A stretch of DNA of 64,000 nt, from positions 640,001 to 704,000 of the forward strand of contig CAVVOP010000021.1 in the NCBI GenBank assembly GCA_963749915.1. The letters are read 5' to 3'. How positions within the stretch are numbered: the stretch's first letter is position 1; every line of letters starts with the position of its first letter. The DNA is from an uncultured cyanobacterium. GTDB taxonomy: Bacteria > Cyanobacteriota > Cyanobacteriia > Cyanobacteriales > Cyanobacteriaceae. Shown one piece after another: positions 1-12,440 of the stretch. Made by a program: the position numbers and the translations under genes. The notes under the pieces were generated by a model, which was not told where the DNA came from, made no database searches, and worked only from the letters and a program-made list of their open reading frames with translations.

Positions 1-248
1 TAATCAAAGAGTTCACGTTTTTAATCCTCAATTAGAAGATAGGATTACTTGGGCTAGTGATCAAACAGAGGTTCATATTTTTAAAGACGGCAGTCGCATT
101 ATTACTGGATTTAGGGGTCAATTGAATACTCTAAATAAGGAGCTGTTTGAAAAGTTTAGAAGCAGTCTTAAAAGAAGATCTGCCAAGCTACAGCGTTTAA
201 TGAGTGAGTTTGAAACTGAATTAGCCACTTTAGGTACTCGTGTTAATA
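1..248 (+). pseudogene. 3' part of an unidentified CDS, cut by the 555-bp cassette
   Basis: Frame 2 is open from the window edge (NQRVHVFNPQLEDRITWASD...ELATLGTRVNT) and runs into the cassette, stopping at 293-295. Confidence 0.5.
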
Positions 249-803
249 CTGACTTTTCACGGTATCTTTTCCCTGAGAAAGGGTTTGGGTGTTAGGGGTT
301 GGGTGATAGGGAAAATTCAGTTTTTGTTTTCGAGGGCACGAATCAATGCTGATAATAATCTTCCGAGGGATTCACATCTATTTAAAAGAGAATCAATGAC
401 TTTCCCCTCTCCTAACTTTACCCTTTTCGACAATAAAAGATGAGTTTCTAATTCTTTAAGAGAGCCTTGTGCTATGTATAAAAACTGTATATATTCTTTT
501 CGGGTTTTTCGACCATGCCCCTCAGCGACATTGGCGGGAATAGAGGCTGATGCTCGACGAATCTGAGAAATTAACCCGTAAAGTTCTTCTTTGGGGAAAT
601 TGCGAGTAACTAAGTAGCATTCTTCTGCTAAATCCATGCCTGTTTGCCAAACCTTTAAGTCTCTATAGGATTGTATTCCCATCAGTTTCTAAGTGTTTTT
701 TTTGACTGTTCAACTATTAAAGCTTATCCTCAATCCCTAATCCTAACACCCAACCCCTAACACCTAACACCTGTCAACCGAAAAAGATGCCGTGAAAAGT
801 TAG
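249..803 (-). mobile_element. 555-bp non-autonomous TIR element carrying a four-helix-bundle gene (copy 1)
   Basis: Ends CTGACTTTTCACGGTATCTTTT / AAAAGATGCCGTGAAAAGTTAG (22-bp TIR, 2 mismatches); inverted copy at 47475-48029; no target duplication at this copy. Confidence 0.9.
317..682 (-). CDS. Four helix bundle protein (TIGR02436 / 23S rRNA IVS protein family)
   Basis: YRDLKVWQ...FPKEELYGLISQIRRASASIPANVAEG...FLYIAQGSLKELETHL family signature. Confidence 0.93.
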   Translation of the reverse strand: MGIQSYRDLKVWQTGMDLAEECYLVTRNFPKEELYGLISQIRRASASIPANVAEGHGRKTRKEYIQFLYIAQGSLKELETHLLLSKRVKLGEGKVIDSLLNRCESLGRLLSALIRALENKN

Positions 804-1465
804 ACTGTTTGATGAGTGAACATGCCAGTTTGACCCGAGTAGGATAGTCTGATTGTCGTTGTGGTTTTGAGGGTCTGTCTTTCTTTTTTACCCCTTGTTT
901 AATTAGTTTCTTCTCATTCTTCGTCCATTCTCTAATTACTGGGTCTGGTCGATAAAAGCTCGCTCCGACAGGTATTGTTATTTCCGGTGTTACCAGTACC
1001 AAAAGCACAATATTCTGTGCTTGGTGAAATCCTCCTGTGCCTTTGAGTACTGTTTTATGGGTACCCCATATTCGTTTTGTGTTCTTGGAGCGACCTCTAT
1101 CGCTATCGTCAATAACAAGGACTCCCGAAGTAATATTGAATCGCTTCATGACGATAAGCACACTGGCACAAAGCAGGTAGTCCCAGCACTTGAGACCATG
1201 ATAAAACATTTTACAAAGCGCGCCGTCCTGGTAACGACCACCACTGGCACGTTCTAGTCTTGCCCAACAAAGTGATTGTGTCAGAAGCATTCCCATCAAG
1301 ACAAAGCACAAGAAACTTCCTTGAATTCTCGACAGTGGTTTATGACCTTCCTCTCGAAGTGTTTTGTTCAAGGCATCGACGTATTCGATAATATGTGGCA
1401 GAGGAGTGCCGGGAATCATAAATCTTATGGTAGAATTAAGAAGATTTAAAATGTAGAGGGTCGAG
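804..1465 (-). mobile_element. Truncated DDE transposase element (IS701/IS4-like); CDS starts at 1419
   Basis: VLVIDDSDRGRSK first-Asp motif; ORF is cut at 803 by the cassette; probable IS end CTCGACCCTCTACATT abuts the atpR start. Confidence 0.7.
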
Positions 1466-1791
1466 TGAATAATCTTTTCTTTTTACCGATTACGCTAGCG
1501 TTAGGAATTTTGCTGGGAAATATTTACTTTCAGGGATTGTGGATGACGGTGCAGCAATTGCCGAATGCTGAAAATCCGATTCTGTTGACCCTCGGTAGCT
1601 TTTTTGGACGTTTAGCGATCGCGATCGCAGGATTTGCACTGGTAGTAATGCTCACCAAAGAGAATGCCATCTGGCATCTGTTTATTTGTGTAGGCGCATT
1701 TATGTTGGTACGCAATCACCTCGTTCATAAATTCCAGCCCGAAATTTCATCCAAGATCCAATCGAATCTAGTAATGAACGATGAATATTAG
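1465..1791 (+). CDS. atpR: N-ATPase AtpR subunit
   Basis: Small membrane protein with G-x-x-YFQGLWMTV and SFFGR motifs, immediately before atpB. Confidence 0.8.
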   Translation: MNNLFFLPITLALGILLGNIYFQGLWMTVQQLPNAENPILLTLGSFFGRLAIAIAGFALVVMLTKENAIWHLFICVGAFMLVRNHLVHKFQPEISSKIQSNLVMNDEY

Positions 1792-2446
1792 CCCCGATCA
1801 GATTATCTATTGGCAATGGAAATTTGTGTCGATTAATGCCACTTTGGTCTTCACATGGTTGGTGATGCTGCTGTTGGGGATTGGTTCTTGGCTAGTGACG
1901 CGCCATCTCTCGATTGAGACAAAACTATCGAAGTGGCAAAACGTTCTGGAAATACTGGTGCTTAATTTACAGGAACAGATTAAAGAAACCAGTGGACAGA
2001 CTCCCAATCGCTATTTGCCCTTTATCGGAACCCTATTTATTTTTATTGCTACGGCAAATCTTTTGGCGATCGTTCCCCTTTTTGAACCGCCGACTGGATC
2101 ACTTTCTACTACGGCGGCTCTGGCTATATCGGTATTTTTTGCAGTTCCTTTTTTTGGTATCCGTCAGCAAGGAATCTGTAAATACCTGCATCATTATCTA
2201 GAACCTAGTCCAATTCTCTTACCATTGACTATCGTGAGCGAATTGTCTCGGACTCTAGCTTTGACCGTGCGTTTATTTGGCAATGTGATGAGTGGAGTAC
2301 TGATCGGGGCAATTTTACTTTCCCTCGCGCCATTATTTTTCCCGATTGTTATGCAGGCTTTGGGCTTGCTGACAGGGATCATCCAAGCCTATGTTTTCTC
2401 GATTTTAACAGTTGTTTATATTAGTGCCGCCAGTCATGAAAGCTGA
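1781..2446 (+). CDS. atpB: N-ATPase F0 subunit a
   Basis: SELSRTLALTVRLFGNVMSG and IQAYVFSILTVVY motifs. Confidence 0.95.
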   Translation: MNISPDQIIYWQWKFVSINATLVFTWLVMLLLGIGSWLVTRHLSIETKLSKWQNVLEILVLNLQEQIKETSGQTPNRYLPFIGTLFIFIATANLLAIVPLFEPPTGSLSTTAALAISVFFAVPFFGIRQQGICKYLHHYLEPSPILLPLTIVSELSRTLALTVRLFGNVMSGVLIGAILLSLAPLFFPIVMQALGLLTGIIQAYVFSILTVVYISAASHES

Positions 2447-2741
2447 ATCTCTATATTTATTAGTTACGATTATTGGCACTGTCTCAATCATCATGGCAGG
2501 GCTGACAATGGCAATTGGCACGATCGCCCCATCCCTCGGTGAAGGTAAATCCGTTGCCCAAGCCCTTAGCTCTCTCGCCCAACAACCCGATGCCTCTAGT
2601 ACGATTACCCGTACCCTGTTTGTGGGGTTAGCCTTTATCGAGTCTGTGGCAATTTATTGCTTTGTGATCTCGTTGATTTTGCTATTTGCAAATCCATTTT
2701 GGAACTACGCGATCGCTGCCCTTGAAAAGGTCGGAGGTTGA
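2436..2741 (+). CDS. atpE: N-ATPase F0 subunit c
   Basis: LGEG...AQQPDASSTITRTLFVGLAFIESVAIY; ATG at 2436 overlaps the atpB end. Confidence 0.95.
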   Translation: MKAESLYLLVTIIGTVSIIMAGLTMAIGTIAPSLGEGKSVAQALSSLAQQPDASSTITRTLFVGLAFIESVAIYCFVISLILLFANPFWNYAIAALEKVGG

Positions 2742-2745
2742 ACTA

Positions 2746-3537
2746 ATGGCAATTGACTGGTTCACCTTCTTCGCGCAAATCGTCAACTTTTTGGTGTTGA
2801 TTTTTGTGCTGCAACGTTGGCTCTATAAACCAATTACCAAGGCGATGCAACAGCGCGAAAATACGATTCGCGATAACCTCGATTCGGCATCAAAACAACA
2901 GCAAAAAGCTCAAGAGGAGGTAGAATGCTATCAAGCAAAGAAACAAGAGTTAGAAACTCATCGATTAGACTTACTTGCTCAAGCCAAACTAGAAACAGAG
3001 CAAACTCGTGAACATTTGCTGGAAGAGATGCATGAGTCTGTGGAAACAGAGCGATCGCAATGGCAATCAATGCTCCAACGTCAGAAAGAGTCTTTTTTGC
3101 GCGAAGTTAGCCATCGCACCATGCAGCAATTACAAACAACAGTGCGGCGAGTTTTGGCAGACCTAGCCGAATCAGAACTGGAAACGCAAATGGCGCGGGT
3201 GTTTCTACAAAAATTGCAAAATCTGAATGAGTCAGAGCGTACTGAATTAGTAAAGACTTTAACCGTTGCCACCACGGATGTTATTCCCTTGACCTTGGTA
3301 AGTACATTCGAGCTACCGACGGATATTTGTGGGGAGGTCTCGAAAATTTTGCAAACATACTTTGATGTTTCGAGCAAAGTGGAACTAAATTATGAAATTC
3401 AATCTAATCTCATTTGTGGAATTGAATTGCGCGGCACTGGCTATAAACTCGCTTGGAGCATGGATGCTTATTTAGATGCAATTGCCGAGAATTTAGTTAC
3501 AGTTTTTGCCGAAGAATCGGTTACTGCTATGAGTTAG
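2746..3537 (+). CDS. atpF: N-ATPase subunit b with delta-like C-terminal extension
   Basis: IDWFTFFAQIVNFLVLIFVLQRWLYKPI N-terminus and LICGIELR...WSMDAYL C-terminus; GGAGG RBS before ATG 2746. Confidence 0.92.
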   Translation: MAIDWFTFFAQIVNFLVLIFVLQRWLYKPITKAMQQRENTIRDNLDSASKQQQKAQEEVECYQAKKQELETHRLDLLAQAKLETEQTREHLLEEMHESVETERSQWQSMLQRQKESFLREVSHRTMQQLQTTVRRVLADLAESELETQMARVFLQKLQNLNESERTELVKTLTVATTDVIPLTLVSTFELPTDICGEVSKILQTYFDVSSKVELNYEIQSNLICGIELRGTGYKLAWSMDAYLDAIAENLVTVFAEESVTAMS

Positions 3538-3543
3538 GGCTAC

Positions 3544-3680
3544 TAAGTAGCTAGGCATAAGAAAATTCAAAATGCAGAGATTTAGATCCCCGACTTTTTC
3601 TGTAAATAAACAAACCCCATTGATAGCAAACAAAAAGTCGGGGATCTGTACTTTTACAAGTTGCTTTTACCGCCTACTTA
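3544..3680. repeat. Palindromic intergenic element (MITE/REP-like)
   Basis: Outer TAAGTAG...CTACTTA and an inner perfect 16-bp inverted repeat AGATCCCCGACTTTTT (3584-3599) / AAAAAGTCGGGGATCT (3632-3647). Confidence 0.7.
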
Positions 3681-3705
3681 ATAAACGAACTTTAGAAAAC
3701 TCCCT

Positions 3706-5250
3706 ATGTCTAAAATCGAAGCATCTTTACAGACTGTTTTGGAAGATACCTTTGCCACTTATGCAGAAGTTATCGATCGCCATCCATCACAACTGCGATC
3801 GCAAGAAATTGGTATCGTGGAATCAATTGGACAAGGCATTGCCAGAGTTGTCGGCTTACCCCATGTGCAAGCTGAAGAGATCGTGCGATTTACAGGCGGC
3901 AGTTTGGGCATGGTGTTTAACCTTGATCCCGAAGAAGTGGGTGTGATTTTACTGGATTCTAGCGATACGCTTCAGTCAGGAACGGAAGTAAGGCGCACGG
4001 GTAAAGTTCTGGATGTCCCTGTGGGCGAAACTTTGCTGGGTAGAGTCGTCGATCCCCTCGGTCGTCCCCTTGATGGCAAAGGTTTAATCCGCACTTCCCA
4101 ACGCCGTCCCGCCGAACGTGAGGCTCCTGCAATTATGGATCGCGCTTCCGTCAATGTGCCTTTGCAAACAGGAATTAAAGCGATCGATGCCTTGATCCCG
4201 ATTGGGCGCGGACAGAGAGAATTGATTTTAGGCGATCGCCAAACGGGTAAAAGTGGCATAGCGCTCGATACGATCATCAATCAAAAAGACAAAAATATTC
4301 TCTGCATTTACTGTGCGATCGGGCAGCGCAGTGCCGCCGTTGCCAAGCTAATCGCTGACCTCTACGAACATGGCGCAATGGCATACACCACCGTCGTCAT
4401 GGCAGCTGGAGAAGAACCCCCAGGATTGCAATTTGTCGCTCCCTACACGGCTACGGCGATGGCTGAATATTTTATGGAACAAGGGCGCGATGTACTGATT
4501 GTTTACGATGACCTCACTAACCATGCCCGCGCCTATCGCGAACTATCCCTGCTCATGCGCCGCCCCCCTGGGCGAGAGGCTTTCCCTGGGGATATTTTTT
4601 ACATTCATTCGCGCTTATTGGAACGCTCAACCCATCTCAATGCCGAGCATGGCGGCGGCTCTTTAACTTCATTGCCAATTCTGCAAACGGAAGCCCAAAA
4701 CATCGCGGCTTATATTCCCACAAATCTGATTTCGATTACCGATGGACAAATTTATCTGTCGCCAATTTTGTTTCAAAAAGGTGTATTACCCGCGATTGAA
4801 ATTGGTAAATCAGTTTCACGGGTTGGTGGCAAAACTCAACTTTCTGCCTATCGTGCTGTAGCTGGAGATTTGCGGCTATCCTATTCGCAATTTGAAGAAC
4901 TCGAATCTTTCTCGCGGTTTGGTACGCGCCTAGAAGAATCAACGCGGCTCACCTTGGAACGGGGTCGCAAAGTGCGCGAAATTCTCAAACAAAAGCAATA
5001 TGCACCCATGGCGGCGGCTGTCCAAATTGCTGTATTGCTCTCCGTTACGGCGGGTTTATTCGATCACCTACCGATCTCTAAAATTGCGATCGCCGAACAA
5101 GCAATTGCCGCCGAGATCCCTGCACAATTAGCCGAGCTATGTTTGCAAATTGAAAAGGGTGATGTCTTAGCGGATGAGGATCGCGAAGCTTTGCTTAAGG
5201 TTGCAGAAAGGGCGATCGCCAAGGTTATCAATAAGGCTTTGGAGGAATAA
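3706..5250 (+). CDS. atpA: N-ATPase F1 subunit alpha
   Basis: [43 protein letters not shown]. Confidence 0.97.
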   Translation: MSKIEASLQTVLEDTFATYAEVIDRHPSQLRSQEIGIVESIGQGIARVVGLPHVQAEEIVRFTGGSLGMVFNLDPEEVGVILLDSSDTLQSGTEVRRTGKVLDVPVGETLLGRVVDPLGRPLDGKGLIRTSQRRPAEREAPAIMDRASVNVPLQTGIKAIDALIPIGRGQRELILGDRQTGKSGIALDTIINQKDKNILCIYCAIGQRSAAVAKLIADLYEHGAMAYTTVVMAAGEEPPGLQFVAPYTATAMAEYFMEQGRDVLIVYDDLTNHARAYRELSLLMRRPPGREAFPGDIFYIHSRLLERSTHLNAEHGGGSLTSLPILQTEAQNIAAYIPTNLISITDGQIYLSPILFQKGVLPAIEIGKSVSRVGGKTQLSAYRAVAGDLRLSYSQFEELESFSRFGTRLEESTRLTLERGRKVREILKQKQYAPMAAAVQIAVLLSVTAGLFDHLPISKIAIAEQAIAAEIPAQLAELCLQIEKGDVLADEDREALLKVAERAIAKVINKALEE

Positions 5251-5252
5251 TT

Positions 5253-6167
5253 ATGGCATCCCTTGAATTTCTACAGCGACAAATTCATACTGCCGAAGAA
5301 TTAAAGGCGATCGTCAAAATGATGAAAGTTCTCGCGGCGGTGAATATCCATCAATTTGAACATGCTGTTACTTCCCTGTCCGAATATACCCGAACAATTA
5401 GGATGGGTTTGCACGTTGTTCTCAAATCTACCCATACAAATAATAATCTTTCTAGTAATCTTCCTAAGATTGATTCAGACTCACTTTTAATAAGTTCTAT
5501 CGGTCGCTGTGGCGTGCTTATTTTTGGTTCTGAACAAGGGATGTGTGGTCAATTTAATGAACAGATTAGCCGCTATGCGATCGCCGAAATAGAACAATTA
5601 CAAATCGCCCCAGAACAGTTGGCAGTTTTTGCCATTGGCTCACGACTTATCCCACATTTAGAAAGTGAAGGTTATCAGATCGAGCAGAATTTTGCGATGC
5701 CCAGTTCTCTGTCGGGGATCACGTCGATGGTGCAAGAAATGTTACAGCATATTGCCGCATGGCGCGATCGCCAACAAATTACAAAAATCATCTTGTTCTA
5801 CAACAATTTACATTCCAATACATCTTACAAACCATCTCAGCATTTACTGTTGCCGCTCGATCGCACATGGTTGCAACAAATCAAAAGCCAAGAATGGCGA
5901 TCGCGCACCATCCCTATGTTTACGATGCCCAGTGATGTTTTAATCTCTTCTCTCCTACGCCAATATTTCTTTATCTCGCTCTATCGGGCCTTTGGTGAAT
6001 CCCTTGCCAGTGAAAATGCCAGCCGTCTAGTCTCGATGCAGGTTGCCGAAAAAAACATCGAAGAACGGCTCACTGAGTTTAAGGGTGAGTTTCGACAAAA
6101 GCGTCAATCGGCAATTACAGGTGAGTTATTAGAAATTATTTCAGGCTTTGAGTTAAATCAAGGCTAG
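5253..6167 (+). CDS. atpG: N-ATPase F1 subunit gamma
   Basis: GSEQGMCGQFN, ASENASRL, RQSAITGELLEI. Confidence 0.95.
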   Translation: MASLEFLQRQIHTAEELKAIVKMMKVLAAVNIHQFEHAVTSLSEYTRTIRMGLHVVLKSTHTNNNLSSNLPKIDSDSLLISSIGRCGVLIFGSEQGMCGQFNEQISRYAIAEIEQLQIAPEQLAVFAIGSRLIPHLESEGYQIEQNFAMPSSLSGITSMVQEMLQHIAAWRDRQQITKIILFYNNLHSNTSYKPSQHLLLPLDRTWLQQIKSQEWRSRTIPMFTMPSDVLISSLLRQYFFISLYRAFGESLASENASRLVSMQVAEKNIEERLTEFKGEFRQKRQSAITGELLEIISGFELNQG

Positions 6168-6223
6168 TTTTTTAAATATTTTGAAAGCCAAAAGTAAGCA
6201 ATTATCTAATTAAATATAATCAA

Positions 6224-8068
<1,845 letters not shown>

Positions 8069-8072
<4 letters not shown>

Positions 8073-8410
8073 ATAACCCCGATCCTGAATCTCGTGAATT
8101 GCGATCGCCGACCTCAGACTTTACCAAAGCGATCGGTGATAAAGAACAGCGCAAAATTCATGCGCGTGAAACAAAGCCCTATGGTGGAGTTTGGTTTGGT
8201 TTGGGCTTTGCAGGTTTGGTCGGTTGGTCAACTGTTGCGCCAACCATGCTAGGAATGGCAATAGGTGTCTGGATCGATCGCCAATTTCCCAGTCAGTTCT
8301 CCTGGACATTATCATTGATGTTGGCAGGGTTAACCCTTGGTTGCTTAGTAGCATGGGAATGGGTTTCACAGGAAGCAGGAACGCATAGCAAAATCACAAC
8401 CACCCAATAA
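8069..8410 (+). CDS. atpQ: N-ATPase AtpQ (AtpZ/AtpI-like)
   Basis: WFGLGFAGLVGWSTVAPTMLG...WID...SWTLSL...GC-x-x-AWEW. Confidence 0.88.
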
Positions 8411-8530
8411 TGATTCGCAATCCTTAGAAGATGGCGTTGCACATATTCATAATGAAACACCTGTAAAACAGAAAAATGAATAGAGCCTACATAATGAACG
8501 ATTAAAGATTAAGATGGAGGGCAATGTAGC

Positions 8531-8779
8531 ATGACCCTCCAACTTACCAATGCTAAAGTTAAAGCTAAGGCGATCACGAAGTGGCGCGCGTGCGCGATCG
8601 CCAAACTATTACGAGATGAGCATCCTGATTACAATTATCTGAAAAATATCTTTCGCCATCTGCTTACGGAGTTGGACATTCAGGTAACTCATTCAGAGAT
8701 GAAATTACCGAAAGTCCCCACGGAAGAAGAGTTACAAACATATTATCAACTCATCGTTCGCTTAAATAAAATCAGATAA
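8531..8779 (+). pseudogene. N-terminal fragment of a tyrosine recombinase/integrase
   Basis: LRDEHPDYNYLKNIFRHL...KLPKVPTEEEL resembles the region preceding the catalytic domain; the catalytic part is absent. Confidence 0.55.
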
Positions 8780-8838
8780 CTGACAAAAAAAGGTTAAAAT
8801 CTGGACTGGATAAAGCATTAAGCAACATGGAGTCAAAA

Positions 8839-10938
8839 CCCACATTCCGCACGTCAAACTGTATAAATTCAGATTACGAGGTTAGAGATTGAAAAGTGAT
8901 TGACTACGACAAGAAATACTCGGTGATTAGTTCTCTAGCTTATAAAGAGAACTCAGATAAATTAGTAGAAAAATGAGCAACGTTTAAGGGATAATTAAAT
9001 TCAGTTTTTAATTTAATTTTGGAAATGATGTTTTCAGAAGATATACAAGTTCAAACCATTAATCATTTAGGATTAATTGCTGGAGTTATAGATGAAATTG
9101 GCATTGAAGAAATTATTAATGATGCCCTCGGTATTGACGAGAGGGAAATCGTGACAGCAGGTCAAATAGTCAAAGCAATTATTCTGAACGGATTAGGATT
9201 TATTTCCCGTCCTCTTTATCTATTTCCACAGTTTTTTCAAGATAAAGCAACCGAACATTTAATCGGAAAAGGAATACTACCTGAGCATTTGAACGATGAT
9301 AGAATTGGAAGAATAATGGATAAACTTTATGAAAAAGGATTATCTCCATTATTTTTAATTATTGCTTTAGCCATAGTAAAAAAATATAATATCAATATAG
9401 ATTTTTCCCATTTAGATTCAACTTCTTTTGCAGTAGAGGGGAAATATAATCAAGAAAAAATCACCAAAAACTTGGTGAAAGAAAATGCAGAATTAGAGTT
9501 AATTAATCAAATTCCAATTAAGATAATTAAAGGTTATTCCCGTGACCATCGACCAGATTTAAAACAATTTATTTTGGATTTAATTGTGAGTGGTGATGGT
9601 GATATTCCTTTATTTTTAAGAGTAGCAGATGGCAATGAAAATGATAAAGCAGTTTTCGGCAAAATAGCGAAAGAATACAAATCAATGATAGATTTTGAGA
9701 CGATGATAGTGGGTGATAGTGCCTTATATACAGAAAATAACCTGAAATTAATGAGTGGAATAGAATGGTTATCGAGAGTGCCACTATCAATAAAAGAGGC
9801 AAAAAATTTAGTTTCAGAACTATCAGAATCTGATTTGACTCCAAGTAGTTTAGAAGGATATTCATGGTGTGAAGTAAGGAATAATTATGCAGAAATTGAG
9901 CAAAGATGGTTAATAGTAGAAAGTGAAAAAAGAAAAGTATCAGAGCTAGAAAAACTAAGGGAAAAAATAGAGAAAGAAAAAGAAAAAACCGAAGAAATAT
10001 TAAAGAAATTGATGAAAGAAGAATTTAGCTCATCAGAGGGAGCTTATGAAACAGTTGTGAGACTAAATAAGACTTTAAAATATCATCACATAACCGAGCT
10101 AAAAATGACAGAAAGTGAGTTAAATAATCACAAGAAAAAATCGAAAAAGAAAGAAGAAAAATCGGGAAAAACTTATCAAGTTACGGCTATTTTGAAATCA
10201 GATTTAACGAAAATAAACGAATCAAAAAAAAGAGCAGGAAGATTTGTGTTAGCGACAAATAGATTGGATAAAAGTAAATTTAATTCTGATGAAATTTTAA
10301 TTAAGTATAAAGAGCAACAGGCCGCAGAAAGAGGTTTTAGTTTTTTGAAAGATCCATTATTTTTTGCCGATAGTGTGTTTTTAAAAACCCCAAAAAGAAT
10401 CGAAACAATGGCAATGTTGATGGGGTTATGTCTGTTGGTATATTCTTTGGGGCAAAGAGAAGTGCGTCGCTTATTAAAGGAGAGAAAAACGGGGATAAAA
10501 AATCAGCTGGGAAAACTAACGGAACGTCCAACGTTAAGATGGATATTTCAATGTTTTCAGGGGATTCATTTAGTAATAAATCAGAGGAATAAGAACAGAT
10601 AGTAAATCTAACAAATGAACGAAAACTAATTTTAAGTTTTTTCCCGATTTCTTGTCATAATTATTATATTTTATCTGGATAACTTATGGGATTTAAGAGT
10701 CTAAACATTCTCAATTATAATATCATAAATAAAGAATAGAAAACTGATAGATTTGCTCTGTTTATTTATTCTCATTAAAGGTGAAGTTATTGACAATGAG
10801 ATTTTAATTTGAGCAAAGTTCGCGAGCACAAAACGCGAATAAAGAAGATATTGAGTATTATTACTTATATTTTGTCCAAAATAAGTTGCTTGGTTTTAAT
10901 ACTTTTATCATCTTACAAAGTGACGTGCGGAATGTGGG
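8839..10938 (+). mobile_element. IS1634-family insertion sequence (2100 bp)
   Basis: Perfect 18-bp TIRs CCCACATTCCGCACGTCA / TGACGTGCGGAATGTGGG; no target duplication visible. Confidence 0.92.
9019..10602 (+). CDS. IS1634 transposase, C-terminus frameshifted
   Basis: HLDSTSF, GYSRDHRPDLKQ, ERGFSFLKDP; two extra G near 10584-10593 relative to the copy at ~41845 remove the last ~30 aa. Confidence 0.9.
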   Translation: MEMMFSEDIQVQTINHLGLIAGVIDEIGIEEIINDALGIDEREIVTAGQIVKAIILNGLGFISRPLYLFPQFFQDKATEHLIGKGILPEHLNDDRIGRIMDKLYEKGLSPLFLIIALAIVKKYNINIDFSHLDSTSFAVEGKYNQEKITKNLVKENAELELINQIPIKIIKGYSRDHRPDLKQFILDLIVSGDGDIPLFLRVADGNENDKAVFGKIAKEYKSMIDFETMIVGDSALYTENNLKLMSGIEWLSRVPLSIKEAKNLVSELSESDLTPSSLEGYSWCEVRNNYAEIEQRWLIVESEKRKVSELEKLREKIEKEKEKTEEILKKLMKEEFSSSEGAYETVVRLNKTLKYHHITELKMTESELNNHKKKSKKKEEKSGKTYQVTAILKSDLTKINESKKRAGRFVLATNRLDKSKFNSDEILIKYKEQQAAERGFSFLKDPLFFADSVFLKTPKRIETMAMLMGLCLLVYSLGQREVRRLLKERKTGIKNQLGKLTERPTLRWIFQCFQGIHLVINQRNKNR

Positions 10939-11156
10939 TCCTTAACATTGCCAAACTGTAATTGAATACCTACGCGACAATCGAGACATCGCTCTCCCAA
11001 TTCATGCCATAAAAAGGTCAAGGCTTTTATCCCCGTACAATGATTCGCCCCCCTGAAGGGGTGACAACAAGCTTTAACACTAGAGTACATAGTACTTTCC
11101 AGTAAGCTTTATGAGACTTATCAGTGTTACTTGAGGCTAATAAGAAATCATCGCTA

Positions 11157-11396
11157 CTACCAAACGGGATCGGAATATAGATTAATAATAAATTCGGAGG
11201 TGTTAGAAGGAACAGAACTAATACACGCACAAATAAGACTACCGTCCTCCAGTTCAACCTCACAGGCATGACATGAACCCATGACACAACCGGTAGGAAT
11301 AAAGATGCCCCCTCGTTTCGCAACTTCTAATAAAGGTTCCCCCACTTCTGCCATTACCGTCACATCATCGGGTAAAAATTTTACTTTAACACTCAT
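11157..11396 (-). CDS. 2Fe-2S ferredoxin-like protein
   Basis: PTGCVMGSCHACEV...CAC. Confidence 0.88.
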   Translation of the reverse strand: MSVKVKFLPDDVTVMAEVGEPLLEVAKRGGIFIPTGCVMGSCHACEVELEDGSLICACISSVPSNTSEFIINLYSDPVW

Positions 11397-11534
11397 AAAC
11401 TACTTATCCAAGTTTGTTCGGAACAATTTTATTTAGGGATTGCTGAAAAAATTTCGTCGTCAAAATAAACAATCGTTCATTTTCTATTTGTCAATAGTTT
11501 TATCCTGATTAATCTATTTCTAATTACTATTCAT

Positions 11535-12305
11535 TTACCCTAGGGCAGAATCACCAAAATTAAGGGGAATATCCTGTAATCTACCGTCACCAATGGCTTG
11601 TATTGCCTCTTTTAAATCTACTTTACCAGTGTATAAAGCCTTACCGACAATTACCCCATTAACTCCGAAAGATTCTAAAGATAATAAGCTCAGTAAATCT
11701 GTCAATGAACTAATACCACCAGAAGCGATAACCGGAACATGGCTAACTTGGGCTAATTCTCTTAAGGCCTCTAAATTAGGACCGAATAAGGTGCCATCTC
11801 GACTAATATCTGTATAAATAATAGCAGCGGCCTTGTCAGAAATTTGTTGGGCTAAATCTGTTGCTTCGACGGTGGAAGTTTCTAACCATCCTTTAGTAGC
11901 AACTTTCCCATCACGAGCATCAATTCCCACGGCTATTTGATGGGGAAAAGTTTCGCATAACTCTAGTAATAACTCTGGATTTTCTACCGCCACAGTACCA
12001 ACGATCGCTCTTTCCACTCCCAAATTAAAGAGACGTTCAATGGAAATACGATCTCGCAACCCTCCACCTACTTGTACGGGAATAATTAAAGTTTGAACAA
12101 TAGCTTCAATGACATCTAAATTAATGGTTGTACCCTCTTTAGCACCATCTAAATCCACCAAATGTAAACGAGTCGCCCCTTGAGATTCCCATTGTAAAGC
12201 CACTTCAAGGGGATTCTCATTAAAAACTTGAGATTGTTGATAATCACCTTGATATAATCTGACGCAACGCCCTGCTAATAAGTCAATGGCGGGTATAACT
12301 TCCAT
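11535..12305 (-). CDS. hisA: ProFAR isomerase
   Basis: IPAIDL...[31 protein letters not shown]. Confidence 0.97.
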   Translation of the reverse strand: MEVIPAIDLLAGRCVRLYQGDYQQSQVFNENPLEVALQWESQGATRLHLVDLDGAKEGTTINLDVIEAIVQTLIIPVQVGGGLRDRISIERLFNLGVERAIVGTVAVENPELLLELCETFPHQIAVGIDARDGKVATKGWLETSTVEATDLAQQISDKAAAIIYTDISRDGTLFGPNLEALRELAQVSHVPVIASGGISSLTDLLSLLSLESFGVNGVIVGKALYTGKVDLKEAIQAIGDGRLQDIPLNFGDSALG

Positions 12306-12440
12306 AAAATTTGATCATAAACTAAGACAAGCCCAATTATACCATATATATATTTTGAAGTTTTTAGCCATTTTTCCACCAGTTTCTTTAGTGTGTAAGA
12401 GACCTCTTGTTAAAAACCCTGGCTTCAAATAAACTTAAAC

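Noticed and set aside
3572..3946. 124-aa ORF overlapping atpA, and similar overlapping ORFs inside core genes
   Set aside because: Alternate-frame or antisense shadows with no recognisable motifs.
10908..11090. 60-aa ORF running into the IS1634 end
   Set aside because: No family recognised; may be a truncated remnant.
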